DNA of 64,000 nt from Flaccisagitta enflata. Taxonomy: Eukaryota. The stretch covers positions 8,184,001 to 8,248,000 of the forward strand of contig OZ231126.1 in assembly GCA_965153355.1 (NCBI GenBank). Direction: 5' to 3'. Of this stretch, positions 29,932 to 43,934 are shown piece by piece (the stretch's first letter is position 1; the number at the start of each line of letters is the position of its first letter). Position numbers and translations under genes: made by a program. The notes below the pieces were generated by a model. The model ran no database searches, was not told the DNA's origin, and worked only from the letters and a program-made list of their open reading frames with translations.

Positions 29932-30422
29932 TATGGACACCTTAAATTGCTGTTTAAACTCAAATGCGACCAATCTGAGGTCAGTGGCTTAATTTGTTTA
30001 GGAACAACACATTTCCAAAGTTTATGTCTCTTTTAAAGAAATTCATGAGCTAGATAGTTACAGACAGGTTCTGACAAAAAAAAAAAGGAAGGGGGGGAAT
30101 TGTAGATCAATTTTCTAGTTGAAAAATAAGTTGGCTGAACCTGAAGAAAATTCTGATTTCTGAAATGTGTCACTTTCAGAAAAACTTCTCAACTTTTTTT
30201 CTTCCGGGTTTCACCCTTTGCCGGGCCGCACGGGGGGGGGGGGCGCAAAAGAGGAGGGGGTGCAAATGTGGGGGTGGGAGGCGCAAAAGGGGGCGAAAAG
30301 AGGGGGGGGGTTGAACGATCCAGAGTCCTGATTTAAAACATCCTTAAGGATAAATACGAGATTTGGAAGGGAAGAACATACCGGTGGGTTTTTTTTAACA
30401 AAAAAAAAAAAGGAAAAAAAGG

Positions 30423-30605
<183 letters not shown>

Positions 30606-30682
30606 TGTCATAGTTTCTTCTATCCAAGTTTGGGAGGTTTGTAATATTTTCTAATTGGCTAAGTTTGGGGGTACTCTACACT

Positions 30683-30800
30683 CCGCTTTGTTCCGTTCGT
30701 CTGTCCGTGAGTCCGTCCCCTTATTACTTTTTCAACTTTTTCAACTTTTTTGGCATTTACGGGCGGCTTTCGCATCACTGCTTCTGCTCAAATGCCTGGA
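30683..30800 (+). mobile_element. HINE-like fragment
   Basis: ccgctttgttccgttcgtctgtccgt ... gcatcactgcttctgctcaaatgc resembles the interior of the 45866 and 38928 copies. Confidence 0.45.
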
Positions 30801-31266
30801 TAGTCGGTTATGGTATTGGTTTTTTTTTTTGGTGGGGGTTTTCAGTGGGAATTTATTGGTGAGGGTGTTTGATTGGGTTTATGGTGGGGTTTTTTTTGTG
30901 AGGGTTTTCTTGTTATTCCCCGAGGAAGAATTGAAAAAATGGAAGAGAGAGAGAAAGAAGAAAAAACTTTTTAATGGATTTCCCGGTTAACAGTCAAATT
31001 CCTCTTTTTCCACAAATTGACCTTAAACCCCGTGAGGACCTGAGATGACCGCTCTTAAAGGCAGACTTGCAATATTGCTCGCCTGATCATATGCAGATTT
31101 ATGCGTTATTTGTCATGGGTAGCTAACTGACAAACATGATACTTTCATCTTGATGTCTCTCTATTTCCTTCATTAGTGTTTTTTTCTATTTTTTTCTTTT
31201 TTTGTTGGTTTCTTTTAGCTTTAAGCTTGACTTTCTCTCTCTCCTCTGTCTCTCTCTCTGTCTCTC

Positions 31267-31297
<31 letters not shown>

Positions 31298-31312
31298 GTC
31301 TCTGTCTGTCTC

Positions 31313-31354
<42 letters not shown>

Positions 31355-31460
31355 TCCTACTTTTTGCCGGCTAACAGTTCTTTTCACGCCCTCGCAGGTT
31401 AACCACAGCTTTCTTCCCCTTCTTCTCTTCCCCTTCTTCCTTCTCCGTTTGCTCCTCCTC

Positions 31461-31582
<122 letters not shown>

Positions 31583-31642
31583 ATTGTCTTTTTCATCCTC
31601 AGAAAAAATGAAAGAATTTAAAACCGCGTTTGAAAATGGATT

Positions 31643-31856
31643 GAGGGATTGAGGGGAGTATTGTGTTTGGGGGAGGGGGTTGGGATGGAGGGATTGAGGG
31701 GAGTATTGTGTTTGGGGGAGGGGGTTGAGATGGAGGGATTGAGGGGAGTATTGTGTTTGGGGGAGGGGATTGGGGTGGAGGGCTGCAGGGGAGCATTGCG
31801 TTTGGGGGAGGTGGTTGGAATGGAAGGATGCAGGGGAGCATTGTGTTTGGGGATTG
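31643..31856. repeat. ~48-bp G-rich minisatellite
   Basis: ggggagtattgtgtttgggggagggg recurs about 5 times. Confidence 0.85.
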
Positions 31857-32247
31857 GGCTGGTGGTTAAGACTTGATCTACTCGTCTTCCTTCGTCTTGA
31901 TAACCATTTGGTTTCTCATGTTTACGTCTACTTTCCTGTTTGTTGATGCTTTCTAATATCAGGAGGCGAATCCTAATAAATCCACACTTCAGCCATATCT
32001 TTTTTTTTTCCAATTCTGAAGATTGTCTGTCTCTTTCTGTTCTCGCTCTGTCGCTGTCTCTATCTTTATCTCTGTCTGGGACTCTCGCTTTCTATCCTTT
32101 TATCCCTCTCTAATTCTCTCAGCCTCTCATTATCTCTTTCTTCTCTTTCTCTCTCATTCTCTCTTTCTTCTCTCTTTCTCATTTTCTCTTTCTTCTCTCT
32201 CTCTCATTCTCTCTTTCTTCTCTCTCTCTCTCTCTCTCTCTTTTCTT

Positions 32248-32346
<99 letters not shown>

Positions 32347-32485
32347 AATATGTACGACAGTTTGTTGAAGGCAGATTTTACAAAGATATATTCTCACGAT
32401 ATAAATGTGATACGCGAAATTCTGCCAAAAATACAGAAAGTATGGAATACTAAAACCGCACGGGGAACAATGATGACCCTGAATT

Positions 32486-32550
<65 letters not shown>

Positions 32551-32761
32551 TACATATTTATAAAAGCGGTTGTCATCTTGCATAGGTTATTTATATTTGG
32601 TACTTTAACGTATTGGAAACCGGTAGCTGATAGATCTGTAGAATAGCCTATTTATAAACATTAAAACTGATGAATTATTTGTAACGCTCAAAAACATTTA
32701 TGTTTATGTGTTGAATTGCGCATTATTGAGCAGTAAAATCAATCAATCAATCTCTCTCTTT

Positions 32762-32885
<124 letters not shown>

Positions 32886-33212
32886 CTTTTCTCTTTCACA
32901 CACAAACACGCACTCTTTTTTTCCTCTTTTTTTGCTCTCTCTTTTGTGTAACTTTATCCCACTCCTTTTCTATCTTATCATTAAAGAGTTAAAACAGAGA
33001 AAAGAACAGTGGAAAAAAGATAATTAGCTCGTGCAAAAATGCACTTTCAGTAGTTGCTGAGTCATTTTTTTTTTCTCTTTGATTTACATCATTTTGTTTT
33101 TGCATTTCTTTGTTCATTTGTCCGACTGAAGTTGAATAGGCATAAGTAGCCATCAGGGTTAAAAGCCATGATTACTGTTCACGGAATTCATAGAGTTTTG
33201 TTAAGCAAATAG

Positions 33213-33336
33213 AAACAAGGCCGAGTAGGCCAATAAGGTGCGACGTGTGGATCGTCGAACGAATGCGTTACTGACCGACAGACCGACCGGCAGATGGACA
33301 CAGCCAGTTATAGAGGTGCTTGGTCGCACCTAAAAA
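33213..33336 (-). mobile_element. Minimal (~124 bp) HINE-like element, AGGTGCGAC subfamily
   Basis: aaacaa-ggcc-gagta-ggcc hairpin, subTIR aggtgcgac, (gacc)n, end aggtgcttggtcgcacctaaaaa. Confidence 0.7.
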
Positions 33337-33659
33337 GAAATGATTTCAAATTGTAGAATTGTAACATCTTCCAACCTGTGTCTAAAGTGCTACAACATGA
33401 TTAGGTCAAAAATATTATACACAAAAAAATGGTTCTTAAGTCAATATTTTTGCGGCTAGTAGATTTTGAGTAGAAGAAATGGTTGTTGAACCCGATGGAT
33501 GCTTCCATGCAATTTGGGTGTTGGGGCAGAGTTAATCAAAAGGCAAAAATTTACCAAATTCACATCCGATATCGTTCTTTCTGTCATGTGTGAATGAACC
33601 TGCTGTAGCGTAACCGTTACTAGCATCATCTAATCTGTTGTCCCAGAGTGAGTTCTCAA

Positions 33660-33738
33660 ACATGAATGATTATTTTATTCATTTCCTCCCCTTTTTTTCT
33701 TACCCCATATTTGGAACTTTGATCCCTTTCAGGTAAGT
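33660..33738 (+). other. Candidate recursive splice site 2, junction 33732/33733
   Basis: ttcctcccctttttttcttaccccatatttggaactttgatccctttcAG|GTAAGT. Full TTTCAG|GTAAGT consensus; previous AG is at 33651-52. Confidence 0.6.
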
Positions 33739-33765
33739 GATATCAATGAAATGAATTGCTCATAC

Positions 33766-33804
<39 letters not shown>

Positions 33805-33825
33805 TTGATGATGATGATGGAAATA

Positions 33826-33891
<66 letters not shown>

Positions 33892-33955
33892 AGGATGATG
33901 ATGATAATGATTATTTGAAATGATGATGATGATGATGATGATAATGATAATGATA

Positions 33956-34014
<59 letters not shown>

Positions 34015-34051
34015 AATGATGATGATTATGATGATAATGATGATGATGATG
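33766..34051. repeat. (GAT)n microsatellite
   Basis: Direct reading. Confidence 0.95.
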
Positions 34052-34446
34052 CTGTGTTTGTTTTGATTAATATAATGTGAGAGAAAAAAAATTCACTGCA
34101 ACTGACCGAAAATCGTTATGACTGATGATTTTGATGCGCGATTCTACATTCAGAAAAAATTATGATTAAAACTGCTATTTCATCTATGGCTTTGCAGATG
34201 GTCATGCAAATGTTGTGTGCAGATAGATGAAATAAAAGTGTTATATAATAAGCATGAATCAAGTAAAAAATAAATGAATAGATAAACAAATGCATGAATG
34301 AATGAATGAATGAATGAATGAATGAATGAAAGAATGAATGAATGAATGATTTGAGGTCGAATAAAAAAGATTGAATCTAAGCCGAGGAACAAAATCTGGA
34401 TTCAAAAGAAATCGAAGTTGATGGATGAGAAGTTAATGAGTCCCAA

Positions 34447-34738
34447 GTGGTGCTACGTGGTATGGCGCAGTGTTGTGTGGCGCAGTGTGGTGCGGCGTGG
34501 CGTAGTGTTGTGTGGTGTGGCGTAGTGTTGTGTGGTGTGGTGCAGTATTGTGGTGCTGTGTGGATTGGTGCAGTGCGGTGGGGCGCTGTATTGTGGTGCT
34601 GTTTGGAATGGCACAGTGCGGTGTGGCGCGGCGTAGTGTTGTGTGGCGTAGTGTTGTGTGGCGCAGTGTGGTGTGGTGTGGTGTGGCGTAGTGTTGTGTG
34701 GTGTGGTGCAGTATTGTTGTGCGGTGGTATGTGGTGTT
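34447..34738. repeat. (GTGTG/GTGGC)n degenerate pentamer
   Basis: Direct reading. Confidence 0.8.
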
Positions 34739-35036
34739 TTACGCTAATATGCGACGTTGTAGGGTGATGGGTGTTGTGTGACACATAATGGTTGTATAAT
34801 GGCAAATGCACAGTTAGCGGACAAACCCGTACCCTGTTGGTTCGACCCATGATTTAGCATAAGATAGTTTCAAAACAACTTGGTAAATGACCGATAAGTT
34901 AATTTTCGATGGGAAAGCTTTGAGATGTAACTTGTAAGACAACATGATGTGATGTGGTGTGGAATAACAATCTATTGTGGGATATGCGACAATATACAAT
35001 GGCATGATAGTGATGATACAATGCAATGACACAATA

Positions 35037-35649
35037 CCAGGTCATCCACCTGAGTTGTTGGATTATGTTAAGCTTTTACTCAAAAATGGTAGCAGTTATG
35101 TATTTGAAATTGATCTAGTCTTAAAGAGTATACTTTGACGTTTTTTGTATCAAAATTTCATCCATTTTGGTCAAGTAGTTTGTGTTTTACAAGGGTTTGA
35201 AGTAGAACTTCATGTTTTCCCACTGAACAGATTTTCCATCAAAATCCAAAGTTTTTCATCATAACATTGCATTTCTTTTTTGAGTAATCTGAGCCACTAT
35301 TCCAGATAAGCCTTGAATACTGGACGATTCAAACAAATCAAATATCTTTCTTTCAATTATTCTTAATTCAAGACTAATCTGGTCTCTTTGGAGTGATTTT
35401 GTGACAAAAATATTGAAAATCAATTCAAACAAGATTCTTGATTTTCATGAAAAATTTGTTCATGGGGAAAACATCAGCTTTTACTTCAAATCTATGCAAT
35501 TGACAAACTACTTGACCAAAATGGATGAAATTTTGATACAAAAAACGTCAAATTATACTCTTCAGGACTAGATCAATTTCAAATACATGACTGCTACCAT
35601 TTTTTAATAAAAGCTTAACATAATCCGACAACTCAGGTGGATGACCCGG
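35037..35649. mobile_element. Long-TIR Tc1/mariner-type MITE (613 bp, ~210-bp TIRs)
   Basis: TA-CCAGGTCATCCACCTGAGTTG...; 35037 to ~35245 is the imperfect reverse complement of ~35440-35649, which ends CAACTCAGGTGGATGACCCGG-TA. Confidence 0.9.
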
Positions 35650-35663
35650 TATGTGACTGATCC

Positions 35664-35884
35664 AAGATTACTTGACGTGATGTGACATCGCGTAATGAGG
35701 TGTCATGGGAAATGCTATGTAAGATCACTCAACGTGATGTGACATGGTGTAATGGGGTGTCATGGGAAATGCTATGTAAGAATTCTCGACGTGATGTGAC
35801 ATGGCGTAATGAGGTGTCGTGGGAAATGCTATGTTAGATTACCCGGGTTGATGTAACGTGGCTTAACGAGGTGTCGCGGGAAAT
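35664..35884. repeat. 57-bp tandem repeat x4
   Basis: acgtgatgtgacat..gtaatgaggtgtcatgggaaatgctatgtaaga, period 57. Confidence 0.9.
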
Positions 35885-36346
35885 CCGATGGCATTTGACA
35901 TCTTTTGTTGAATTTGCGAAAGATCAATGAGCTCCCTCTCTGAGACATGATGAAGGGTCAAAACATGGGAGGATATTACATGTGAGCTTGAAAGGACACA
36001 TTGTCATTGTGTGTAATGAGGAGGCGTGAGACGTCTCATGGAAGAAATAAGGAGACAAATGATGGCATATAATGGGTATGACTGGGCAAGTGATGACCCA
36101 TGATGCATTCATATGATGTCCGTTGAGGGATCGGCACAGACATGATGTAGATCTATCATTCAGATTATGAATTCTTGAGGCGCTATTTGGTGTGGATGAT
36201 TTCCTCTCCGAAAAATGAATGCATTTCAACGCTGTTGTAAAATTTGCTATCCATTATGCCAAAATGTCAAATGAACAGCATTCAAATCATTCAAGTCATG
36301 CTTTCTCTCTCTCTGTCTGTCTGTCTCTCTCTTTCTCTTTCTGTCT

Positions 36347-36420
<74 letters not shown>

Positions 36421-36519
36421 ATTTGTTTCCCTCTTCTTTTTTTTTCCTGAGTGATGGATTCACATACAAATTGCCTGATTTTGAGAGAAGGCATCTTAAC
36501 CTCTCCACGACAATGCGCT

Positions 36520-36593
<74 letters not shown>

Positions 36594-36786
36594 CAATGTT
36601 GTGACAAGCAAGGACAGGGCCACAAGGACATGACTGAGATGGTTGGAGAAGCTAAGGAAAAAAAATTGGTTCAATAACATTTATGAGTTTGAGTCCCGGG
36701 ATCTGGCAGAGGATCTCTGACACAGACTCAGACGTCCTTGATGCAGTTTACGAGACCAAACCGGGAAAATTGAGAGAGAGAGAGAG

Positions 36787-36873
<87 letters not shown>

Positions 36874-38927
36874 GAGGTGTAGACAGTGGGGCAGCCAGTG
36901 GGAGGACTATTTCAGAAGGTGTCTTTCCATAGGTGGGTGGAAAACATTAGAGGGAAATGTTAATACAATGTTTTTAATGAAGCTTAATATAGTGCATGAG
37001 TGCCACTTCACATAAGAAAAAAAGATACAAAGACGTTTTTTGAAAAAGCATCTTTTTCAAAAATCTTCCTGTTTTGAATTGAAGGGGAAAAGGAGTTAAA
37101 AAGTTTTTTTTCTTTTTCTTTGAAAGACCTTGGAAGGATAAGATACAACTTCATTGCAGAAAAAGCACCAAATTCCTCTTTTTTTCCCCAACTGATTTAC
37201 CCTTTCTGTTCTCCTCTTTCTCCCTTTATCTTTTTTTTGTTTCTGATTTTCTTTTGAAGAAGCGACAATTGTAGAAAAAGAAGGGAGAAGAGGGGGGGGA
37301 TATGGAAAGGAGCGCTGAGAAAGGAGAAGAAACGTCTTTGAAGTCAGTTAAGGGCATCTTGGGAATCTGAGGCCTTACAAAGGATGGAACAGGATGAGAG
37401 GAAGAAGAAGAAAAAGAAGAAGAAGAAGAAGAAGAAGAAGAAGAAGAAGAAGAAGAAGAAGAAGAAGAAGAAGAAGGAGAAGAAGAGGAAGTAGTAGAAG
37501 AAGAAGAAGAAGAAGAAGAAGAAGAAGAAGAAGAAGAAGAAGAAGGTGAAGAAGAAGAAGAAGGAGAAGAAGAAGAAGAAGAAGAAGAAGAAGAAGAAGA
37601 AGAAGAAGAAGAAGAAGAAGATTAAGAGAGAGGAAGCTTTACTAAAATTTCAAATCTTAAAACTAGAAAAATGTAGAAACAGGCTTATCTGTCCCTTGCT
37701 ACTTATTTGAGACTGGTATTGGTTAAGTATCTGGCCTTGATCTTTTCTTTTGGTTTTCTCTAGTATTAGTCCTTGCTGAATCCATTCTTATTTTTTTATC
37801 TATGAGGCCTTTCAAATTATCATCCCATGTTACAGAAAAATGAAACCTTTTCACTTTAATTCTAAGAAAAAAGTGAGAAAAAGTGAGAAAAAGAAACGCA
37901 TTTTGCTTTAAAGACTTGGTAGAAAGCGAAAGGCATCATTAAGCTGGCTTTTTCTAAGTTTGTTGGGGTTGTGTTCACTCACAGTGGGATATTTCGGATA
38001 ATGAGCAAACTTAATTAAACAATGGGGAAAAAAGTCAATGCCATTGCGTCCTATAGAGGATGGTGAGCAAACAAAGATCAAGGATAGGATAGTTGAAAGG
38101 TACAAACGCGGCAAGCGAATGGATAACAGGGTAGGGTATTGAAGCGTTAGGTCTCAGAGACCTATGTTATTCTATGAACTTCCCCCATTTATTATAATAA
38201 AAAGTTTCTTGACCTTCTGACAAGTTCCTGACAGGGCCGCCACCTCCCTCCAATCATCATAGGATAAGTTGTCTCAAGATCTAGGAAGTAATAAGGTATG
38301 AAAGATGAGGCAATGCAGAGAACGCCTTGACAGAGGTTTGCTTGCCTATGCATTTGTAGACCTACATGAGGACAGACACACCCATATGTAGTTATTTAGG
38401 CCTAAATAGGGCGAAAAAAAATGGGAGGAAGCAGTAAGAAATACCATGAACATCTAAACATTTTAAAAAGAGATTTAAAAGTGAGGGATAAAGTTATTTA
38501 GTGGTTCGTTGGTTGGCATTTGCCATTAAGGGAGTACTCAGGGGAAACCTTCCCTTGAAAATTGCTGCTTTGCTCCCAGTTTCCGTTTTTCCCATTTCTT
38601 TTCTTTATAGGACTTAATATTAATCCTCACTTTCCTCAATTTTCTCTTTTATCTATCTCTTTCTCCATTTCTTGTCTTTTTCATAGTTATTTCCCCTGCC
38701 TCAGTCTGTCTGTTCTTATGTGTATACATCTGTCTAACTCTTTGTCTCTCTCTGTCTATGTCCGTATTTGTCTCTCTCTGTCCCTCTCTGTCCCTCTCTG
38801 TCTCTTTCTGGCTCTCTTCATCTCTCTCTGTCTCTCTCTGGCCTTCTTCATCTCTCTCTTTCTCTCTCTGTCTCTTTCTGTCTCTCTTTCACTGTCTGTC
38901 TCTGTCTGTCTCTGTCTGGCTCTTTCT

Positions 38928-39129
38928 AAAACAAGGCCGGATACACGGCTACCCCAGTCACGTGCGGGTGGGCAGGGGCAGTAATCAAGGTCAACATATC
39001 ATTTGGGCAGGAGCAGTGAGGCCAAAGACCATAAAAAACCCAAAAAAGTAAAGTAACACGGACCAACGGATGGACGGACCAATGGACCAACAAAGCGGGG
39101 TGTAGAGTCGCATATCACGCGACTAAAAA
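38928..39129 (-). mobile_element. HINE-like element
   Basis: aaaacaaggccggatacacggc..agtcacgtgcgggtgggcagggg ... caaagcggggtgtagagtcgcatatcacgcgactaaaaa. Confidence 0.8.
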
Positions 39130-39785
39130 GTGGAACAGACAGTGTTTCTTCTCTTGCATACAATTTTTATTGATCCATAGATTCTTGTAACACCAAACCA
39201 CTTTTTCTTTTCTCAGCAAAGGGAGTACTTCTAGGCCTATATGTGGTTACTCAAACTGCAGGAGAAAAAATTTATTACCATCCTCTGCACCTTCCTCAAC
39301 TCATACTCGTAAATCCTATCCTCACTATTCCTAAGAGTGAGATCGCATATTCCTGATATGTACATTTTTCATTTGAAGAATCAGAGCAGGACAGAGTAAA
39401 GAGGAGGAAGGAACAAGAAGAGGTTTCCGCAACAACAGTGACAACAATAGTGACAACAACAGTGATAACAACAGTGACAACAACAGTGACAACAACAGTA
39501 AAAATGACAACAATAACTACTGAATTACTAGTGCAACATAAACCACCACAATCATGGTGATTGCAAAAATAACAGTAATGGCCATATCAACAATGGCCAC
39601 AACAACAAATAAAACAACAACAAAGTCATGAAAAAGTGGACAATATATTTGGTAAGCGGGTGTGATATTATTATCTGCCTCACGTCTCGGCCTGCAAGTC
39701 ACTGATGGATCGACTCTCAACGCATTTCCGCTTCATAGACTTCCTCTTTGATGAGATCACATGAGACAGAGACAGAATAAGACTC

Positions 39786-40076
<291 letters not shown>

Positions 40077-40535
40077 AAGTATGAAATGAGGACAAAAAGA
40101 GAGACAAACAGATGAACAAGAAGACAGTGAAAGAGTAAGAGATCAGGAGAGAGTTAGGGAGAGAAAACATAGACAAACAGACAGAGCTGGAGAGTTGATG
40201 GAAAAGGGAAGAAGACTACAGAAAAATATCACCTTGAAATACCAAATGAAAGGAAGGGCAACAATTTGCTATCAATATGAATAGTGTTAAAAATAACACC
40301 AATTGTAATTATAGACCGAGTTGAAATAAAAAGAATCCATTCAATTATTAGATGAGTTGAACAAATGGATGTAATATGCTGACAAGGTCAACAACACGCC
40401 AACAAGATGAAACATATACTAACAAGGTCAACAACTTACTGACAAGGTCAACAGCTTGTGTCAGGGTAAAGACACCATCCTCATTAGAGATGAAAACGGT
40501 TTGACTCTGGCCATTGAGGGAGAGTGTTGGCAAAG

Positions 40536-40734
<199 letters not shown>

Positions 40735-40829
40735 CAGAGAGAGACAGAGAGACAGAGACAGAGAGACAGAGAGGCAGAGTAACACAGTCACAGAGATAGA
40801 AATGAAGTTAAAGTGGTTGGATGAGGATT

Positions 40830-40883
<54 letters not shown>

Positions 40884-42091
40884 TTGATGATGATGATGAT
40901 GATGATGACGATGATTATGATGATGATGCACGTGATGATGCTGACGATGATGTTGATGATGAAGATGATGAGGATGCTCAATGTTGGTTATCATGTGAAT
41001 GGACATGTTTATGGCGGGGCAGTACTGAAGAGGTGGACTTGATCAAGAAGAAAATGAATATACGGTAGTAGTAGCATCTCAATTCTCATGGGAAATCTAC
41101 ATGAGCAAATTCCACCTTTTGCCCATCTACGCTTCTTCGGTGAGGAGTTGTCTCTACCTTGCCAAGGAGACTGAGGAGTCAAATGAGCCAGACTGACAAC
41201 ATGAGAGCTGGCTAATGAGCCGACATATGAGGAGACATATAAGCTGGTACAGTTACAGCCTGACAAATGGGCCAACATATGAAGAGAATATATAAGCTGA
41301 TACACTTTTGGACTGACTAAGAGACAAGTAAACAAATGGATGGATTCTTGTTATTCATATTGACACGCTGACTAAATGAGAGTTAGAGAATATTGATTGA
41401 CAGTCAAACAGTCAAGCTGACAGACGCCGAGATTCAGTATCATCTAAATGACTACAAGCGGAAAGCTTGAGTGTAAAAAAAGAAAAGAAAAGAAAATGTA
41501 GGCAATTTTGAAGGCTTGCCGCTTCTCGAGGAAAAAGAAGGAGAAGGAAACGAGACAGAAATAGAAATTTGGCTGAGAAGTATTTTCTTCATGATGATTA
41601 TATACAATGTCTTGTTGATGAGAGTTGGACGTGTGAGGCGCCTATAGGACGGAGAAGGAGGAGGAGTAAGAGGAGGAGGAGGAGGATGAGGAGGAGGATG
41701 GATGGGTGCTACCGCTTGGTTGATACCCGTTGGTTAATGAAACTAGCCAAGGTCTGATTTATGTGTTCAGGATAGTTGCTTTCTAGAAAAAAAAACTTTT
41801 TTGGCTTTCTTGGCTGCTTGCTTATTATTTACTTGCTTCGCCGCAAGACACATTAGGCTGTAAAATTTTCTACATCAGCAACTTTTTGTTTCATAAAAAA
41901 AAGTCCTATTAATGATAGATTCAAATTTCAAGTAATGGCCGATCGTAAAATGCCGATATGGTTTCGTCCACTGACTGCAAAATGAATGAGTTTGTCCGTA
42001 AAAAAGCTCCTTCAATCGGAATGAGATGAATATCGCTTGGATATCTCTCTTTTTTTTCTTCTTTCGTCTTAAAGACTTTTTTGGTCAGTCT

Positions 42092-42376
42092 CGCACGCAG
42101 AAAGGCAATTGTTGCATGCACGTAGGAAATGATTTGTTGCGTGCACGCAGGAAGGGCATTGTCCGTGCACGTAGGTAGGGAATTGTTGCATGCACGTAGG
42201 AAAGGATTTGTTGCGTGCACGCAGGAAGGGCATGGTCCGTGCACTTAGGAAGGGAATTGTCGCGTGCATGCAGGAAGGGATTTGTTGCGTGCACGCAGTT
42301 AGGGAATTGTTGCGTGCATGCAGGAAGGGATTCGTTGCGTGCATGTGCATGCAAGAAGGGAATTGTTGAGTGCACA
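42092..42376. repeat. ~26-28-bp minisatellite with palindromic tgcgtgcacgca core
   Basis: ttgttgcgtgcacgcaggaaggga units, about 10. Confidence 0.9.
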
Positions 42377-43219
42377 CAGAATTGGAACATTGCATTGTAG
42401 CGTGCAACGTTCGTGGTCGTAGCAGTTGCCGATTGCCTCGAGTGCAACAGTAGAGCAATGAGCATATGGCATCTTCGGATTGCATCACACATGTAAAATG
42501 CATTGTATTTGTCAGTTGCGTCGCGTTGTACTGATTGAGCAGGATTGTGGTCCTCTGTGGAGAAGCCCACTGACAGACCAGACCCACAGACGGGCAGCAA
42601 ATGATCAAATGAGCTAAGAGACGGTGATTAAATGATTGTCCAACGATCCCACATTTATGGACCATTAGTAGAAATTAGAAATGACCATCGAGTCTGTATT
42701 GTGTCCTCAAATGATCAACACCTGATTTTCTTTCGTCCATTTAATGGAGCAGTCGTTTCATAAGTGAGCTTTTTTTTCATTTTTGCTCGATCTAACATCC
42801 AATTATCCACGACAGCAGCTGCAAGTTGCATCTGATACGCCGCTGGTTGTAACTCCATCACTGAGCTATTCGTCAATGTACCTAAAATCTGATAAATAAA
42901 CAGTTAAGACATTAAGTCAGTCGCCATTCATAGCGTATTACGCAACTTTTCACGCGCCTTATCGAGACCATGACCCATCCCAAAAACCAGAATGCACTTT
43001 ACTGAGGTTTCATCCTGCCACCTGCAAACCTGCAAACCTGCAAACGTGCCATGTCACATGTGGCCACAACTGCCATGGAATCGTGAAATCCTGCTACCTG
43101 GCCAGCGTACTACCACGCTACCGCGCTACCTCGTCACTTCGCCACCATTTTGTTATTTTCTCGTTATCGCACCATTTCTTCCTCTCAGAACGCGAAAAAG
43201 GGCCTCTCTTGATGACTGA

Positions 43220-43312
<93 letters not shown>

Positions 43313-43545
43313 AGAGAGAGAGAGAGAGAGACACAGGGAAAAATGAAAAAGGCAAGTTTTATTTTGAGTAATAATATCAGTGGAATAACCTTCTTGGTCT
43401 CATTGGTAACCAGCCAATTTCCGTCCCCGACCGAAGCCAAAACCCATAAATTGATAAAGCGAAACTTTATTGCTGCAATGACTGGTTAATTAAGCACCAG
43501 TCATGTGGCTAAATGAACGAGGGCTTTACCTGGCAATCTAAAGAG

Positions 43546-43638
<93 letters not shown>

Positions 43639-43669
43639 AAAAAGAAAGAAAGAAAGAAAGAAATAAATA

Positions 43670-43741
<72 letters not shown>

Positions 43742-43934
43742 ATGAATGAAAGAAAGAGAGAGACTGACAACTACTTAGACTGAACCATAAGCGCTCTCAG
43801 CACTTATATACTTAAGCATTCTGGATATTGGACGTTGAAGTGATCCCGCATACCTTCCAAACTGACTCTTGCAGATCTTGGGTAAAACATTTCTTTCATT
43901 TCACCTGACTTTTCTTTCTTTCTACTGTCCCATT

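Noticed and set aside
29723-29992. 89-aa non-repetitive ORF as a transposase remnant
   Set aside because: It runs across the MITE boundary and shows no HTH or DDE/D motif I can recognise.
31378-31403. ttcacgccctcgcAG|GTTAAC (and tttttcAG|GTGGTT at ~11260) as recursive sites
   Set aside because: Acceptors are plausible but the regenerated donors are poor.
42069-42665. 198- and 171-aa Cys/His-rich ORFs
   Set aside because: Largely translations of the tgcgtgcacgca minisatellite.
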